Shown: positions 61,891 to 64,000 of the stretch, piece by piece | Layout: every line of letters starts with the position of its first letter | How positions within the stretch are numbered: position 1 is the first letter of the stretch | DNA from: Macrostomum lignano | Lineage: Eukaryota | Length of the DNA: 64,000 nucleotides | Direction: 5' to 3' | Assembly (NCBI GenBank): GCA_002269645.1 | Contig: NIVC01001468.1 | Location: forward strand, 62,001 to 126,000 | Notes under the pieces: generated by a model | Seen by the model: only the letters and a program-made list of their open reading frames with translations | The model's database searches: none | Told to the model about the DNA's origin: nothing | Program-made: the position numbers and the translations under genes

Positions 61891-62629
61891 TGTGGTAGGC
61901 CGGTCTACCACTGGGGTGAACGACGGCAGGCCTCTAGCACGAACAACGGCGGGACATACCACCCAATTCCTTAGGATGACGAATTGACATCATGTTTTAC
62001 TTTTCGCTCCCTGGTTTGTTCCCCCGGTTGTCCCCGCCTTTGCTCCCTCGTCTGTTCCCTTTTCTGTTCCCTCCCTTGGCCTCTGTTGATTTAATGTTTC
62101 CAGCGGCCGGGTTTCCTCGTTTCCCATCGTTGTCCCTTCCCTTGTCCCATCCTCTGTCCCACCCCTGGGATCCTTCACGCCAATATGTTCTATATGCGTT
62201 AACTTTGGAGTCATATTTTTTACTGGTTCTTGTTGTTGTTGGTTTGATTGTTTGTTACCTTTCCTCCTTTTCGTTCTGCTCCTGTATCTCGCGTAGTTAT
62301 AGTAACGAATCATAATAATAATAACGAACTAATAATAAGTCCGCAACTAACATCTAATATTTATTCAGTTGTTCAGAATCGAAGCCTTTAGTTTCAATTG
62401 AGTCATTTGCCCGCGGGCCATAAAATAACCAATCAGTCTCATCTCAAAGAAAGCTCTGAGACCCTCAACGTTCCGTAAAACGACATTTATGGTGGTGGCA
62501 GCGCTACTTTACTACTGTTAGTAACCAAACGAGCATCTTCGACGAACTACGAATTTTATGGTGTCCGAGGAACCAATCTGAACGACCCGGGCCACTACAA
62601 GACCGCTCGACTACGAACACGACTACCCT
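61891..62629. mobile_element. LTR-like repeat copy 1
   Basis: Begins TGTGGTAGGCCGGTCTACCAC and ends near ..CTACC; about 250 bp (62377-62620) align closely with 63754-64000. Confidence 0.4.
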
Positions 62630-63166
62630 CCGCCCGGAATTGAGGACCCCGGCAGACGGAGTATCCAAGGAGAAGACTCAACGCAGCAATTTGCGCAATT
62701 TTCCGGCTTTACGTGCCGACGACTAACCCAAATTTTATTTTCCCAATTTCAAAATTTTTATTTTCTTCTTCACCCCCACCTCACTACTTCACACAAAACT
62801 TTTCATAGAAACAGTTTCTTTGTAAAACCATTATAATTTTTATTTATACTTTAATATAGGCCTAGCTAAATAACAAGTCAAAACTGTTTAGGTTATACTC
62901 TTTAAAACCTTGATCAATATAAATTTATGCTATATATACATATATTACATAGTCATGATCTTGGCATGCTTGCAATGGAACAATCAAATAAGTTTCCTTG
63001 TGCCATGTGCCAATACTTAAAAAAATACAAAAACACAAAAATCAGTATTTTTGTTTAAAAAATATCAATAAAACTTATATTTAAATCTGCTTCATAGAAA
63101 ATACAATGCATTTCAATGCATTTTAATTTAACATATTTTTTTTTTATTTTACATAAATTAACATAT

Positions 63167-64000
63167 TGTGGTAGGCTGGTCTACCACTAGGGCTCCTACA
63201 ACGATTGGCAATGCACGAAGCGCCTCTACCCAGTGGGACAATATTTGACGTCATTTCTGCTCCCCCGGATGAACTGTGCACTTTGCCCTTGTTGCCCCCA
63301 CCTTTGGTCCAATTGTTGCCCTTTCCCTTGGTCCCGCTTTGTTTTGCTATGTTCCTCCCGGGGTTTGTCCCCTTTTTCCCACCAGTGTTCCCCCCAGTGT
63401 TCCCCCAATTGAATCCATGTAACAATTTTGTATAAAAATCATTGCATTTACTTCTTTTTCTTCTGCTCTCCCTTCGGCTACTGTTTTTCCTGCTCTCGCC
63501 TCTGTTTAGTTAAGTTGTGAATTTGTAGTTAACCGCCTGTTTGGCACTGTCTCATAATCATCCGTCAAATTTAATAGGGTGCGACATTCATTTTATTGCC
63601 TAAATCCATTTATTAGTCAACTAAGTTGTCAATTGCTTATTAACCTTGTGGAAAATAGTAATTTTCTTAATCATTGACTGCGATAGTAATTGATTGCTAA
63701 TAGTAATAAACAATAATACTAAGTTTTATATTAATATTTATCCAGTTGGTCTTAATCGAAGCCTCTAGTTTATATTGAGTTCTTTGCCCATGGGGCATAA
63801 AATAACCAATCAGTCTCAACTCAAAGAAAGCTCTGAGACCCTCAATGTTCTGTAAAACGACATTTACGGTGGTGGTAATGCTACTTTACTATTGAAAGTA
63901 ACACAACTAGCAATCTTGACGAATTACGAGTTTACAGTGTCTGAGGACCCATTCTGAACGACCCGGGCCGCTACAAGACCGCTCGACTACGATTACCACT
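63167..64000. mobile_element. LTR-like repeat copy 2 (may run past the window end)
   Basis: Begins TGTGGTAGGCTGGTCTACCAC; same conserved core as copy 1; window ends TTACCACT, close to the inverse of TGTGGTAG. Confidence 0.4.

Noticed and set aside
62555-62575. PBS-like TGGTGTCCGAGG in LTR-like copy 1
   Set aside because: Copy 2 has CAGTGTCTGAGG at the same site, implying an ancestral CG, and homology continues past it.

Overview
Eukaryotic (animal) genomic DNA with GC-rich, polyQ-containing exons, GT-AG introns and very abundant locus-specific minisatellites. The style suggests a free-living flatworm such as Macrostomum, but this is inference only. Six protein-coding genes can be built with consistent splice phases: (1) the 3' part of a LAR-type receptor tyrosine phosphatase (+, 6 exons, <1-16739); (2) single-exon pICln/CLNS1A (-); (3) a 4-exon lachesin/IgLON-like 3-Ig GPI-anchored protein (+); (4) an intronless 587-aa RGG + helical + vWA/MIDAS protein with a Ro60/TROVE-like layout and a TATA promoter carrying stress-type motifs (-); (5) a 4-exon, ~1046-aa disordered Q/P-rich protein with short linear motifs (+); (6) 4-exon NO66/RIOX1 JmjC hydroxylase (-). 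About 25 different tandem arrays fill nearly every large intron and intergenic gap and explain most of the long ORFs in the track. Interspersed repeats include a tRNA-derived SINE family with 14-bp TSDs, a CORE-like SINE, Helitron-like elements and two LTR-like copies; the repeat copies show CpG-type decay. Best leads: the Ro60-like RGG-vWA gene, the intact WPD loop in LAR domain D2, the AP-1/5'-splice-site minisatellite, the intron-filling arrays and the CpG decay. All coordinates and counts were derived by eye; no database searches were run.
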